A stretch of 64,000 bases of DNA, from positions 1,180,001 through 1,244,000 of the forward strand of contig MU054132.1 in the NCBI GenBank assembly GCA_013239625.1, written 5' to 3'. Both the position numbers and the translations under genes were made by a program. Under the pieces are notes generated by a model. That model was not told the DNA's origin. It saw nothing but the letters and a program-made list of their open reading frames with translations, and did no database searches. Below, in pieces: positions 13,693-26,900 of this stretch (position 1 is the first letter of the stretch; each line of letters opens with the position of its first letter). Source of the DNA: Lama guanicoe. Taxonomy: Eukaryota.

Positions 13693-13777
13693 TGGGGTTG
13701 GGTATAGCTCAGTGGTAGAGAACATGCTTAGCAGACACAAGGTCCTGGGTTCAATCTCCATTAAAAACAAACAAACA
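13693..13777 (+). mobile_element. Short tRNA-derived SINE nested in an old L1 fragment (~13460-14250)
   Basis: gtatagctcagtggtagag...gggttcaatc, (AAAC)n tail. Confidence 0.8.
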
Positions 13778-16299
13778 GTCCCCAAAACAGGAAAAACCAT
13801 CAGAAGAGTGGTTGTCTGGGAAGGAGGCTGAGAAGGGGTGGGAGGGACCATTCTGAGTGATGATAATGCTACATATTGATAGGGGTTGGATAACACAGGT
13901 GTAGGCCCTTGTCCAAATTCAGCAAATGCTCACTTAAGATTTGTGTATTTCATTGTCTATAAATTTCACATCAAAATAGAAAAAAGCTGTAAAAAAGATT
14001 GAACTCTGATTAATAGAATACTTCTGGAGGTATTAAGGGAGAAGTGTATGGATATCTGGAATTTACTTTGAAATGTATCAAAAATAATATGGATTAATAG
14101 ATGAATAACAGCATTGAGAGATGGACAGACACGATAAAACAAGGATAATGAAGTGTTTAACAGTAAAAACAAGAGAGAAATGAGTTAACCGTGAAGTTCT
14201 CTCAACTTTGTTGTACATGTGAAATGTTTCATAATGAAATGTTGGGGTGGAAAGACACTGCCGTGTAGCTCAAGTCAGACTTTGATAAATAGTATGGTAG
14301 AGAAATTACCAGCTTTCTCTTCTGTGGGAGCACAGAGGAGAAAGTGATTATTTCTGCTGGGGATGGAGCATGGCAGGGGTCAAGGAGAGTCTCAGAGAGG
14401 AGGAGTCTGAGGAAATGAGACTGAAAGATAAGATTGCAAAGGCAGAGGAGGGAAAGGGGGAAAAAGGCATCCCAGTAGATAAAACAGCGTGAAAACGCCA
14501 GGCCCTTTTGGGACTCTGCTAGGGAGCAGGGAGACTTTTGGGGCAGAGTGGCAGAAGAGGAGGCTGATGAGCTGGACTGTGCTCAGGCTGGGATGGGAAG
14601 GCCTTCAAAGACAGACAAGGGCATCTGGTTTTGACTCAGTAAACAATGGGGAGCCACCAAGCAGGCCACGTGCCTGCGTGTGTGCGTGTGTACGTGTATG
14701 TAAGGCTTTGACATCTGATAGCCAGAGCGGGTGAAGGCAGGGAGAGAGCCAGCCATGGGAAAAACAGCAAGGCTGGTGGTCAAAGTTTTCCCTTGCTTTT
14801 ATTAGCAAGCTGCCAAGGAGGACAGAAAAATGGTCAAGACATGACCCTCCCAGAGGTGAGAAGTCTGTAAGTGAATCAGGGAGAGTATTCAGTTTGTCCT
14901 AATTCCCAGCTTTCTAGGAACTTTGATCTCCCTAAAGACTCCCTGGTCCCTTGGAAGGTGAAGACTGCCCTTGACCTCCCCTCTGGCCCTCAGCCATGAC
15001 CCAGAAGCTGCGACTTACCCTCAGTACCCTCTGGAAGGAACACTATGGGAGTTGGGAAACCCGCTTTCCAGTCCTGCTGTGGCCACTGTCTCTCCCAGCC
15101 ACCCACATCCCTCCCCTGTGAATCGGCTGTGTTGGACCCCTTGTCCTCGTGCTTCCTTCCAGTTTCAGGACTTCTCTACTCCAGTCTCCTTGCCACCAGC
15201 CTCCCAGGCTTTCTCTCAAATGTTCATTTTCCCCTTGACTTGCAGGTGTCTTTCTGATCACAGCTCCCGCTGTCTTTTACCTGTCTGACATCTCTCCTCC
15301 AGGGTCCAGGGCATCACTGCAGTGCCCAGTTCCAGCTCCTGGCTGATCTGGCCTGGGGTTTGAAAGAGCCCTGCTAGCCTCTGAGCCTCAGGGGTTGGAG
15401 TAACAATTCCTGATTGTGTGAAGAAGAAGAAAGTGATGGTGAAACAGAGCCTGGGGCCTGCACACTACAGGAGCTCAACCTCTGTCCTCCACACCTCCCC
15501 TGCACCTCCCCACGTTCACAGAGGACAGGTGGTGATTTACTGGAAAAGGACACCAGGACAGTCAGAGCCCTCCTTTTTCTGGCACCCACACCACTTGTTT
15601 CCAATCCTCACACAATCCTGCAAGAAATGCCCCATTGTTCCAACCTTTACTGAGTTGTCAAAAGCTCAAAGTTTAAAACACATTGTCTCCTTTAATTCTC
15701 ACAATGAGGTTGGTATTTGTTCCCCCTTGAACAGATAAGAGACTGAAGGCTCAGAGAAGCTACACAACTTGCCCAAGGTCACACAGCCAGATTCAAGAAA
15801 TTCACAATCAACGTATCAAAAGGAACTATTGCATGGTGTTCTATACGCTGAGGACTGACTTTTAACAATATATCCTCTCATCCCCTAATCTACAGCTGGA
15901 GACCATGCAGGCCCTGAGGAGCCTGCCCCAGGGTCCTGGCCGCAAGTGGGGAGAAGTGGGTGGGGAGGGTTGCTCACCAGCCTGGGGCAGCAAAAGGAAA
16001 AGGCCTAGAAGTGGCATTTGCTGCTTCCCGAGGGACAGTAGGAGTTTCCCAGACTCACCTAGCCACTGAGCAAATGCTGAAACTTGACCTGAGGGTGGAC
16101 TATTGGTGGGAGAAAGACTGGCAGGGAGGACCTTCCAGGCTTTCAGGATCAGGGAGTCAGGAAGCTGAGAGCTGGCAAGGCACCTGCAGGGCAGGCACGT
16201 TCAGAGAAGTAGGAGCAGAGAAGGAGAGGGGACTCTGACGATGGTGAAGGGCCTTTGATCGGGGAAATGGGCAAAAGAAGTTTAAACACACAATCTCTG

Positions 16300-16586
16300 A
16301 GACACTTCAGCAGCCCGTGGAGGAGCCCCTGTGGGGAGGAAGTGAGGTGTCCCACCAAAGCCAGCGCCAGGCTGCCAGGCAAGTGCGTGAGTCCCGTGGA
16401 AGAGGATGTCTCAGCCTTAGTCATGCCTTCAGACGGGCTGCAGTGCTTGGACTCCAAGCCAGGACCCACGAGCCAAGCCATTCTCAAATTCCTGTTTGCA
16501 GAAACTGTGAGAGATAATGAATGTTTCTTGTCGAATTAAGTCCAAGTTTAGGGTAATTTGTTGCACAGCAGTGGATAACTGAGACA
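16300..16586 (+). mobile_element. MLT1F-like MaLR LTR 3' part
   Basis: cagaaactgtgagagataat...gtaatttgttgcacagcagtggataactgagaca terminus. Confidence 0.7.
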
Positions 16587-17825
16587 TCATCCTTCTCCGC
16601 ATTGCCTCTCAACAAGCTCCCTATACTCCAGCCAAATCAAACCACTCACTCTTCAAAGCAACACATTTTTGTTGAGTATCTTGTGTGCCAGCCCAGGCCA
16701 GATGCAGGGGTATGGCAATGAGCCTGCTAGGCCAGCGTGGCCACTGTCCTCATGATCTTAATGGGCCACACATTTACTTTGTGTGGGCCACACAATGTGC
16801 TTTGGCCCACATTGTGGCCTCCATGCAGAAATGATCTTTCTCATCTCTGAACTATAAAGCTTTTATTTCAACCTCAGCCTGTCCATTTAACATCTTCCTG
16901 GTACTATGATTATTTATGTTTATAACTTCCTGTACTAGCTTCTGTAGTCTCCTTGGGATGGATGTCTTATTCATGCCTGTATTTCCCACAGCTAGTGTAC
17001 AAAGTGCCATGTAACTAGTTAGCATTTGAGAAATGTACATTATGCAAATAAGCATGTGAATGACTTGACCATAATATAACAAAGACAAGTTAAACCCCAA
17101 CAGGGAGAAACAAATGCGATGCCCTGGAGGGAGGGAGGAGAGTGCATGTCACTGGGAGAAAGAGCAGGAAAGATGCATGAGTTAAACTCTCTATTAGATT
17201 CTAACAATACTCATCATATGACACCTCTATGATCCAACAATTCTTTTCATAGGCATGTACTTAGGATAAATAGATGCATGTGTCCAAAAAAAGACTTGTA
17301 CAAAAATGTTCAGAGCATCTTTATTTGTAATGGGCAAAAGCTAGAACTAACCTAAAAGTCCAAAAGAGGAATGAGTAAATTAATTGTGGTACCGTCATAG
17401 AGGGAAGATATACAGCAATTAAAAAAAGACCATACTACTGGTACATGCAGTAACATAGATAAATCTCAGAAACATTGTGTTAAATGAAAGAGGCTGGACA
17501 CACATAAATATGATAATAAGTGATTCCATTTATACAGCATTCAAAGCCAGCAGAACTAAGGATTCCCTCCCTCCCTAGGCTGGAGGAGTGAGAGGGAATT
17601 TTCTGGAGTGCTGAACTTTCTTGGTGGTTGTATATGTAAATAACATTAATTGAGCTGTAGTCATATTATGTTTTATTGAATGTAGATTATACCTTAATTA
17701 AACAAAACAAATAAAACCTTAGTAGGTGTGAGCTTGGCCGGGTGAAATCGTAGGAGACCAACAGCACATACATGCTGAGTAACCTTATCAGATCACACCA
17801 ACTGACAGACCTCAACCTGTTTAGT

Positions 17826-18764
17826 GTGTTGATTCTGACACAATCCCCATATATGTCCCCCCCACTCTCCACCCCACATGATCAACCAATTCTCCAATAC
17901 CAGGTGTCCTACAATCCAAGTCAATTCTGACCTATCTACCTGGAGATATTCTGACACTATCTACCTAGAGCAAGACAGCAACACATCCCTCAGGTTAAGG
18001 GCTCAGTCCAAAAGACTGCCCCCTAGCCTATCCAGACACCAATCCCAAGTCCAGGTGGTCACCCATGCTTCTGACTGACCAGCTATATAGATCAGAGGTT
18101 CCAAGGATCCCCTTCTTGGGTTTGATTAACTTGTTAGATCCACTCACAGAACCTTGAAAAACATCTTCCTTCCTACATGACTGGTTTATTATGAAAGGAT
18201 CTAACTCAGGAACAGCCAGAGGAAGAGATGCCTAGGGCAGGGTATGTGGGAAGGAGCTTGAAGCTTCCATACCTTCTCTGAGGACACCACTCCCCCAGCA
18301 CCTCCACGTGCTCACCAACCCAGAAGCTCTCCGAACCCCACTCATTTGGATTGTTATGGAGGCTTTCTTACACAGGCATAATCTATTAAATCGCTGGCCT
18401 CTGGTGATTGATTTAACCTTCAGCCCCTCACAACTCCCTGGAGGTCAAGAGGGTGGGACTGAAAGTTCCACCCCTCTAACTCTAATCATCTGCTTAGTTT
18501 CCCTGGCAACCAGCCCCCAACTGTAGGTGCTTTCCAAAAGTCACTTCACTAAACTCCTTGGGTGTGGTTGACCAGAGTTTGTTATATCAAGATACCTCAT
18601 TTGACACAACATTGTAAAATGAATATAACTCAATTTAAAAATGTTAAAAAAAAAGATAACTTTATTGCTCTTAGTTCTTAGGAAATTCCAAGGGATTTAG
18701 GAACTCTGTACCAGGGATGGAGATGAAGACCAAATATATATTCATTACAAATCACAGTATCACA
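17826..18764. mobile_element. MER21-like LTR with a nested ~55 bp L1 3' tail (~18598-18655)
   Basis: ggttaagggctcagtcc...aagactgcccc and ...cacagtatcaca motifs; insert flanked by aagatacct / aagataact. Confidence 0.7.
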
Positions 18765-18914
18765 GTGAAGAGTCTCAGTGGGAGGTAGGATTTCAAACAA
18801 GTATAGAGCAGCTTTTTACTTGCCAAACTTTTACCTGATGAAGAAACAGCTTACCTTTCTGAGCTTCCTCAGTGGGAGAGTTTGGATTCAAGCATTAAGT
18901 TCTGTTAACACTTT

Positions 18915-19040
18915 GTTTTGGGGGAGGTAATTAGGTTTAATTAATTAATTAATTAATCTTAAAATGGAGGAACTGGGGATGGAACCCAGGACCTCGTGCA
19001 TGCTAAGCAGGCGCTCTACCACTGAGTTATGCCCTCCCTC
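18915..19040 (-). mobile_element. tRNA-derived SINE in the tail of an L1
   Basis: ctctaccactgag / gaacccagga boxes on the minus strand; (TTAA)n tail. Confidence 0.8.
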
Positions 19041-19044
19041 ACAA

Positions 19045-19566
19045 CACATTTTTTTTAAGTTGTAGTAAAGCACTTACAACATAAAACTTACCATTTTGAT
19101 CATTTTTAAGTGTACAGTTCAGTAACATTAAGTACACTCGCATTCTTCTGCAACTCACACCATTATCGAACTCCAGAACTTTCTCATCATATCCCATATT
19201 GAAATTCTGTACCCACTGAACACTAACTCCCCATTCCCCCAGCCCCAGCCCCTGGTAACCATTGTTCTACTTTCTGTCTCTATGAATTTGACTACTCTAG
19301 GTATCTCACATAAGCAGAATCACATAGTCTGTGTTTTTTTGTGACTGTCTTATTTCACTTAGTATAATGTCTTCAAGGTATATCTGTGTTATAGCATGCG
19401 TCAGAATTGCATTCTATTTTTTTGGGGGGGTCTTTTTATTTTTAATAGAGATACTGGGGATTGATCTCCCGGATCTCATGCATGCTAAGCACACACTCTA
19501 CCACTGAGCTATTTCCCTCCCCCAAGAATAGCATTCATTTTTAAGGCTGAAAAATATTCCATTGTG
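19045..19566 (-). mobile_element. L1MB-like 3' fragment containing a SINE (19415-19523)
   Basis: L1 3'UTR motifs; SINE TSD agaattgcattc / agaatagcattc; ttaacacttt flanks the whole block. Confidence 0.8.
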
Positions 19567-21199
19567 TTTAACACTTTTTGATAAAAACATTTTGTAAAAA
19601 AAAAAAAGGAAAATGAATATTTCATGAACATACCTGCCTTAAACATTACTTGAGTTTTTCTTATACGTCAGTATTGACATTCTGACTCCTACCTCTGTCA
19701 ATGCCTCAGCTTTGCTCTGCGTTGAAAGGGCTCACTTGGGTCTTCTTTATGGCTATGACTGTGGCTTTTGCCTTCCTTGAAGTCTTTGGCCCTGACTCCA
19801 GCTCTCGCTTGGGCAGGAGTGGGTGGGCTATGTGTTCTCTAAACAGAGAAAGGGTAGGACCTCGGTCAGCACTTTTTCTTGCCCTGGAAAGCCCATTGTC
19901 AGGGACAGGTAAGCACAGTGTAATAAATATAGACAATAATATTGTACTGTCATTATTAATGTGTGATAAATACTGCCATATTGGCAATCATATCACAATG
20001 TATGAATATATCATGTGTGGTACACCTTAAACAATGTGACACGTCAAATTTATTCAGTTAAAATTTCTTTTAATAATAAAAATAGAAGGATTGGGGGATA
20101 GGTAAGTCAAAGGAGATGAACTCAGGGAGTCTGAAGCCATAGCTAAGAATACACCCCTGACTCCAGCATTGTGACAGGCCACTCCCATCTCTGCTCAAGC
20201 TGGTTGGGTGAAAACCACCTCCAGGCATTTCTCCTGGCACACATCAGCCCGGAACCCAGCCAGAGATCAACACTGATGTCAGTGGGGAATCCCAAGCAAT
20301 AGGCACTCCTGCCCAAGACCCAGCCTGCAGAGAGGGCCGTGGCAGCCTGGTCTGGCTCTTTAGGGCACCCAGGTGAGAAAAGCACTGCTTAGAGGCATGG
20401 TTAATGGTTTATGTATGGAAGGAAGCCCCCACCCCAGAGAACTTGCCTGAGATCCCATAAGGGGATGCAGCAGCCAGGTTCTGTACCTTCCTGTTCCAAG
20501 CCTGAGACCTACAGGTGTGCTCAGCATCCTTCCTTAAAAGCATGAGAAGTATGATGCTGTACATTTCAGTGTCACCCTGTATCTGGGCTCCAGCTTGGCT
20601 CCTTAGTTATGAGCTGTGAGGACTTTAGGTGATGTATGAAACATACCAGAACCTAGCATGCCCTTGGTAAGTGGGCTCAAGGATCGTCATCATCATTATC
20701 ATGTTTCAGCTCTAGTGGAGGGGACAGTAGGTTGACCATGACAGGCTGTGGGTTTTGTCATCTACAACGTGCAGAAAAACAGAGAAGAACAATGGAAAGG
20801 AACATAGTGGGCAGGAGTAGAGGGCGGTCTCCAGGCTGTCTGTGGACCTAAGGGGCAGGTCATGCAGTCACCAGCCCCATTCTCAGCAGTCAGAAGCAGC
20901 CCTTGCCCATATCACTTGCTCCACCTGCCCAGTGTAGACTGGAAAGTCACTGGAGAAGACCCTGTTCAGCCAATAGGCAAAAAAAAGACCTATCCTCCCT
21001 GGGCCCTGGGCACTGGGCACTGGGGATGTGGCTCACATTATCAGGAAAGAAGCCCTGTGCAAGCAGTTTGGGGCCAAAGCGTGTGGCCGTGAGCACTGGC
21101 TTTGTCACTTAGCAGCGCATGAACTTGAGCAAGTCAGTTAAACCCCATAAACCCCAAGTTGATCACCTATAAATCAAGCACAGAGTTAGTGAGAGGGTC

Positions 21200-22192
21200 C
21201 AGGGAGAAAGTACTCAAGGTTTTGAAGACTTTCCAAATCCATTGTAGGATCCTTAATCAAAATACAGATTACAAGCATTCAGAAATATTCTTGTCCTTCT
21301 GATATAATGATCTGAGAATTGTGATTTTTACTGTTTACAAAACTGAGGCTAATCATTTAGTAAACATGGATGGAAATTAATTTTACGACCTATTACTGAA
21401 GGGTTACCTATACTTTTCTTGAATATCTGTGAAGATGTCTTTATTTCAACCATGTGAACTAATACTCATGACTTCTATTACTATTATGAAGATACATCAG
21501 GATTTCAGTGAACCACAGCTCTTTATCCTTCAAAAGCAATTGGCAGAACTATTTAAAATTTAGAATGATCTTCTGTACACTTTAATAGAAGATAATTCCC
21601 TGAACACTTATCTAATGTCACCTCCATGAGTGTTTTAAATCAATGACAAACATTATCTCCATTCAGATTTTCATGGTACATTTCACATTTTGGGAACTTT
21701 AGTCTTCCACGGAAAAGTAGACATGTGATTCCCAGCTAATATAGAAGGTCTTCTCTATCTTTAAGGCAGCCACAGTCAAAACCATGAGTTCGCATACACG
21801 CTAGAAAGAAAGGCATAATATGTCATAATTTGAGAGTTGAGTTACGTTAATTTTTGTTTTCAAATAATCTCAAATCCTGTCAAAACAAACAAGCATACAA
21901 TGGCAATAATTATACCTGTCCCAACATCCATCCCCTTGATGATCCGTACTGACAAGTAATTTTTCCAAGTGTTTTAACTTTGGATCATTTTCGATACTAT
22001 TCTGATTTAGACTAATGCCGGAAAAGAGTTACTGCCTGAATGCTATCTACTATGAATTTTCTGATGTTTATTTTCAGTACTTTCCTACATTTTTTTATGC
22101 TTTGTAAATGATCAAACTCTACCCGAATGATACGGATTTTTATTATTAAATAGCTCCATGGCCACAGGTTCTGGATTCTGGATGGGGCCCTG
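21200..22192. mobile_element. Probable ancient hAT-type DNA transposon internal fragment
   Basis: AT-rich block sharply distinct from GC-richer flanks; ends ...gggccctg; only stop-riddled weak transposase-like peptide fragments. Confidence 0.3.
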
Positions 22193-23257
22193 CCCTTACC
22201 TAGAGTAAATCCCTACCCTCTCTGCCCATTTAAATAGTTGAGCTAGAAGCATTTCTCTATTTGATCAAGTCTAGCGGTCAAGGAGATCACGGTAGGAAAG
22301 GCAGGGGATGTGAGCCTTGAGTGGGAGGGCCAGGCAAGGCAAACAGACAGCAGCAACCAGTGTTGTGTGAACACAGAAAGTGGCCTGATGCAGGGTGGCC
22401 GGCGGTACGGCAATGAGCCCTGCTCTGACAGCACTGGGTTTAAGCAGGGAGGCCTGGCTCAGGCTCAGTGTCCTGAGCAGCTCCAGGACAAAGCTGGTGC
22501 AGGGCCTCCGGCACTGCTGCTTGGAAGGGCCACTCTGAGCAGCCCTGGTGTCTGCAAGCCAGGCAGACATGATGTCATCCCTGCATCTGGCAACCACAGA
22601 CCCGCCCTCCCGGGTCCCCAGTGGCTCTCCTGCTCTCTGGCCAGGATCCCTGAGTTCAGTTCTCTCTATATCCCCCACCCTGCACATTCCAGGCTCCCAA
22701 GGAACTGAGCTAGGACCTCCTGGGCTTCTGTCCAGGCGGCTAGTTCTAAATTCCCCCACCCCCTCATCCCTTGGGAGTAAACAATACAACTTTAAACAAA
22801 GACTGCTGCTTCAGCCTTGGGGAAAACACTGGGCCATGTTGAGTGCCCTGATTACTGTTTATTTCTGCCTGCTCATTCCGTGTGTTAAGACAGCGCTGAG
22901 GGGGCTGTGTTCGCTGTAACTCTCCCGCCCCTGCCCTGGGCTTCCAGCCACCAAGAATGGGGCTCACGGTCACCAGGTTGCTGGGGTAGTGGGGCAGCTG
23001 GGTTTCAAGTCAGAACCTCGGTGGTTTGACCTAGCTCTGCCCTCTTACTAACCGCTGAGTCTCCTGGCCTCTCTGAACCTTAGTTTCTTCCTCTACAAAA
23101 CGGAGCCAATAATACTGACCTCACAGGGGTGCTGAAGGATTATGCGACTCCAAGCATGTCAGGTGGCTACACACAGTAGGCGCTTCACATCTACAAGCGT
23201 CCTGCTCGCCCCTCCTCCTAACATTAGACCACAGTCCTCACTCTCTCACCACTAGAG

Positions 23258-23362
23258 CTTCCCATTCAGCAGTTCTGCGCCCAGTCCTGAGATCTGCATT
23301 TCTAACAAGCCCCCAGGGGCTGCTGCTCGGGTGACCCAGAGGCCACACTTTGAGAACCATTG
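23258..23362. mobile_element. MER5A-like hAT-Charlie MITE fragment
   Basis: atctgcatttctaacaagc...ccacactttgagaacca. Confidence 0.75.
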
Positions 23363-23464
23363 TGCACAGCCCTCATCTCCCTTGTGACGAGGAGGTGGAG
23401 GGTCTCTACTCCCAGCCTGGTACACAGGGCAGCTCCTGGATGGACTTGTCAAAAGTGAAGGACT

Positions 23465-23965
23465 TCAACAAGTATTTATTACGTATAATTGACATATAAA
23501 AAAAATCCACCATTTAAAGTGGACAGTTTGATGAATTTTAGTAAATTTACAGTATTGTGCAACCGTCTCTCCACAATCCAGGTTTAGAACATTCCCACCA
23601 CCCCAAAAGGTTCCCTTGAGCCATCTGTGGGCAATCCACGTCCACTCCAAGTGCCATTGGTCTGTTTTCTGCCTCTAACTTTTGCCTTTTCTAGAAATGT
23701 CATATACATGGACTCATACAATTTGTGGTCTTTTGTGTCTGGCTTCTTTGGTCAGCATAACATCTTTGAGGTCCATCCACATTGCAGCATGTGTCAAGAG
23801 TTCACCCCTCTTTACTGCCAGGTACCCTTCCATTGTGTGGGAGTATCTAATGGTTTATCCACTCACCACTAATGGACACCTGAGTTGTTTCCAGTTTTTG
23901 GTATGATGAGTAATGATTTTATGAACATTCACGTATGAGCCCCTGGGTGGACAGGTGTTTTCGAA
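23465..23965 (-). mobile_element. L1MB-like 3' fragment
   Basis: Minus-strand L1 3'UTR and ORF2-end motifs (tccagtttttgg, atgaacattcacgta). Confidence 0.75.
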
Positions 23966-26900
23966 TGCTGCTTTTAAAGGTAAACCATAATTTTACCAAA
24001 TCTCTCCTCCCCACTCCTCAGGGCATCTGCAGCCAATGCTTCTAAAGACTAAGAGTTAATAGGAGACCCAGGCTCTTCTGCCAGTAGCCAAGCAGTAGAA
24101 ATCAAACTCGGACCCCTCCCCAAGTCCTGCCACCCTGCAGCTTCACCTTACCCTCTTGTCTTCGCCCTCCTCCTCATTACCCCAAATGTTATGCCTCGAT
24201 TTAGAGCTGGCGATTAAAGGATTTTGCCTTTCAGTTAAATTAAACTGCTCAAAGCAGCCAGCAGGGAAGAGAATGAAAACAGGATTGACCCAGATCTCTT
24301 GAAAGTCCTGGGGCTTCTCATCCCTCCTGAGCATCACTAGGCCTGGATGCCCCAGTGGATGAAGTTCTGTCTGGTCCAAATTAGCATCTGCTTTATGAGC
24401 ACAGCAGTCAGAACAAACTGAGGACCCAAACACTGGTCTTCTACCCTCAAAGCTTCCTGATTCTTGCTGCTATTCGGCTCCCTGGCTTGGCTGACTTCAT
24501 GTCTGAAACACTTAGGCTGTTCCTTCCATCTTGGGAGCATCCCAGCTGCTGTAAGGGAAAGTTTTTTTCTTGCTCCATTTCCGAGCCCTTCCATCTGCCA
24601 CATGAGGGGAGCACCAAAGCTGTTATCGGAACACATACACTGTCCCTTGCCAGGGCCCCAAAGGGATGCATAGAGCAAAGGCTGACTGCCTAAGATCCTT
24701 TGCCCTGAGCCAGTTCCCCTCTCCAGTTCCAGTGATCCTCTCCCTTCTCCAGGCAGTTTCTGGGCTCAAATCTGAAGGCATGCCATTTGGTAGAGGAGGT
24801 TCTGGCTTCCCTGTTCAGACAGCTGAGTTTGCATTCCTGTGTGGACTTGTGGCAGCAGTGACCTCAGGCTCTTTTCCTAGGACAAGGGTGATGTTTTCCA
24901 TCCCACCAGCCTCCAGGTACAGATAACAGGAAGAGACTGGGTGGGTGCACCTAACCTGGAAACTCATGGGGAAAATGCAAGCCCCAGGTCAAAGGGATTC
25001 AGAGAGCAGAAAGACTACACTCTTGGTACCAGTGAGGGTGGAAACAAGGACCCTTTCAGGGAAACAGCCTCTCAGGAACTGCCATCCTTGACTTGCTCTC
25101 TAGATTTGCCAAGTCAAACGGTGGCCCTGCCAGGAGTTAAAGAGGTGCATAAAAGTGGCGGAATACTGTCGTGTTTTTATGGAGTAATGAGAGATTGGGT
25201 GACATAGGCCCACACTATAGGGAAATGCCTGTGCTTATACTGCAGAAAGAATTATAACAAATGGTCGAGAACGAAGGCATAGAGAGTGACTCTGAGCCCT
25301 GCCACCTAACAGCTGTGTGACCTTAGGCAAATTACTTAACATCTCTGAGCCTCAGTTGCCTCATCTATAAAATAAGAGTAGTCATCTCAGAAGATTACTG
25401 TGAAAATTAATTGAGAGAACATATGTGAAGTTCTCAGCTCATTAGCTGATAGTAAGTGTGCCCAAAGTGGCAATTTTCTTGTTTATATTTTATTTTTAAT
25501 AAAACATTTCCTGAGTGCCTGCTCTCCATTCAGTCATCCATTGGTTTGTTCATTCATTTGTCCGTTCATCCATTCAACTGAAACCTTCAAATGCCAACAG
25601 TGTGCCAGACCTATAAAATGCGCTAGGGGGAAAAAAAGGCAGCACTTGGCCATTTTCAAAGCCCTTTTACGTGGACTGCCTTGTTTTACCTTCCTACATA
25701 GTGAGGATAAGAGAACAGAGGCTCTGAGGATGTGGTGATTTGCCCAACGAACCAACTAAAAAGTGGCACCACAGTCTCCAAATGATGTTTTCAGACATTC
25801 GATCCAGTTTACTTTACAGGACACCTCACTACCAGAACGACAGGGTCATTAATAAATGAGTAATATGGGGCCCCTCCCTGCAAGTCTCCATCGTTGATGC
25901 TCCCAGAACAAGGGACACCTCCCCCCATTGTAGTCTTCTCCCCAGGGCCCTGTTACAGGACAGAGGTGAATCAGGACTGGTAACTCTAGCCGCCTGCCCA
26001 GAACATAGTACAGCATCTGGATGATGCTGGTATCCAGCTGGGTTCTCAGCTGCCAACTGTGGGGCAGGGCCCAGGGCCCGGACAGTGCCCCAGCTGTAAA
26101 GAAGTTGAGAATACTGAGGTCTGGCTTCTTCCTAGAGGAGTGGGACTCAGAGTGGGGGTGTCCCCAGCACAGAAGGGGGTGTAAAGATTCTGGGAAGCAA
26201 AGAGAACGCCCCATGTGCTATGTCCCGGCCTGAATCTGAATCTAGGTGGATGGGGAGACCTATATACACTTAGCCCTAATTAAAAAGTAAGGAATCCATC
26301 CAGCAGAGCCTCAATGCCCCCCAGGGAGCTCAGAGCCAGGATCCAAGACTTCTGATGGCCAAAGGTATTGGGATGGTTTCCTGGCCAAGGAGGCCTTTGA
26401 GCTGGTCCTGGCCAGAGGGCCTCCCCCTGCACAAGCACGGAGACACATGGCCTCCTGGCCTCGCCCCACCCAGCTGCAAGGGCAGGATTCACTGGAAGCT
26501 GGCCACCCCCAGGTGTGGTGGGAGCCTCAATACTGAGAAGCTCTAGGTGGCTCCTGCCTGGTCACCAGCTTTGGGAGGAGTCTTCGAGCCCAACACTGAG
26601 CATTCCAACAAACAGTACCCAGCTGAGCTGTGGCTTCCAGGGATGACCCCGTTCCCCAGGCTCCAACACCCTAAAGAGTACTTCACTCCTCTACCCAGTC
26701 CAGTTTCTCCAAGGCAAACTCTCAAGAATAGGAAGAGCCAGAGAAACATGACGAGAACAAGAGAAATAATCACATGGACAAGCCCCTGGGAGAGTGGAAG
26801 AAGAGGGCAGGCTGAGAGCGCTGAGGAGGAGGACGGGGCCCTGTAAAGAGGCCAGGCAGGAGTCGGCTGTGCAAGGAGAGGAAGGAAAAGTGTGTCATAC

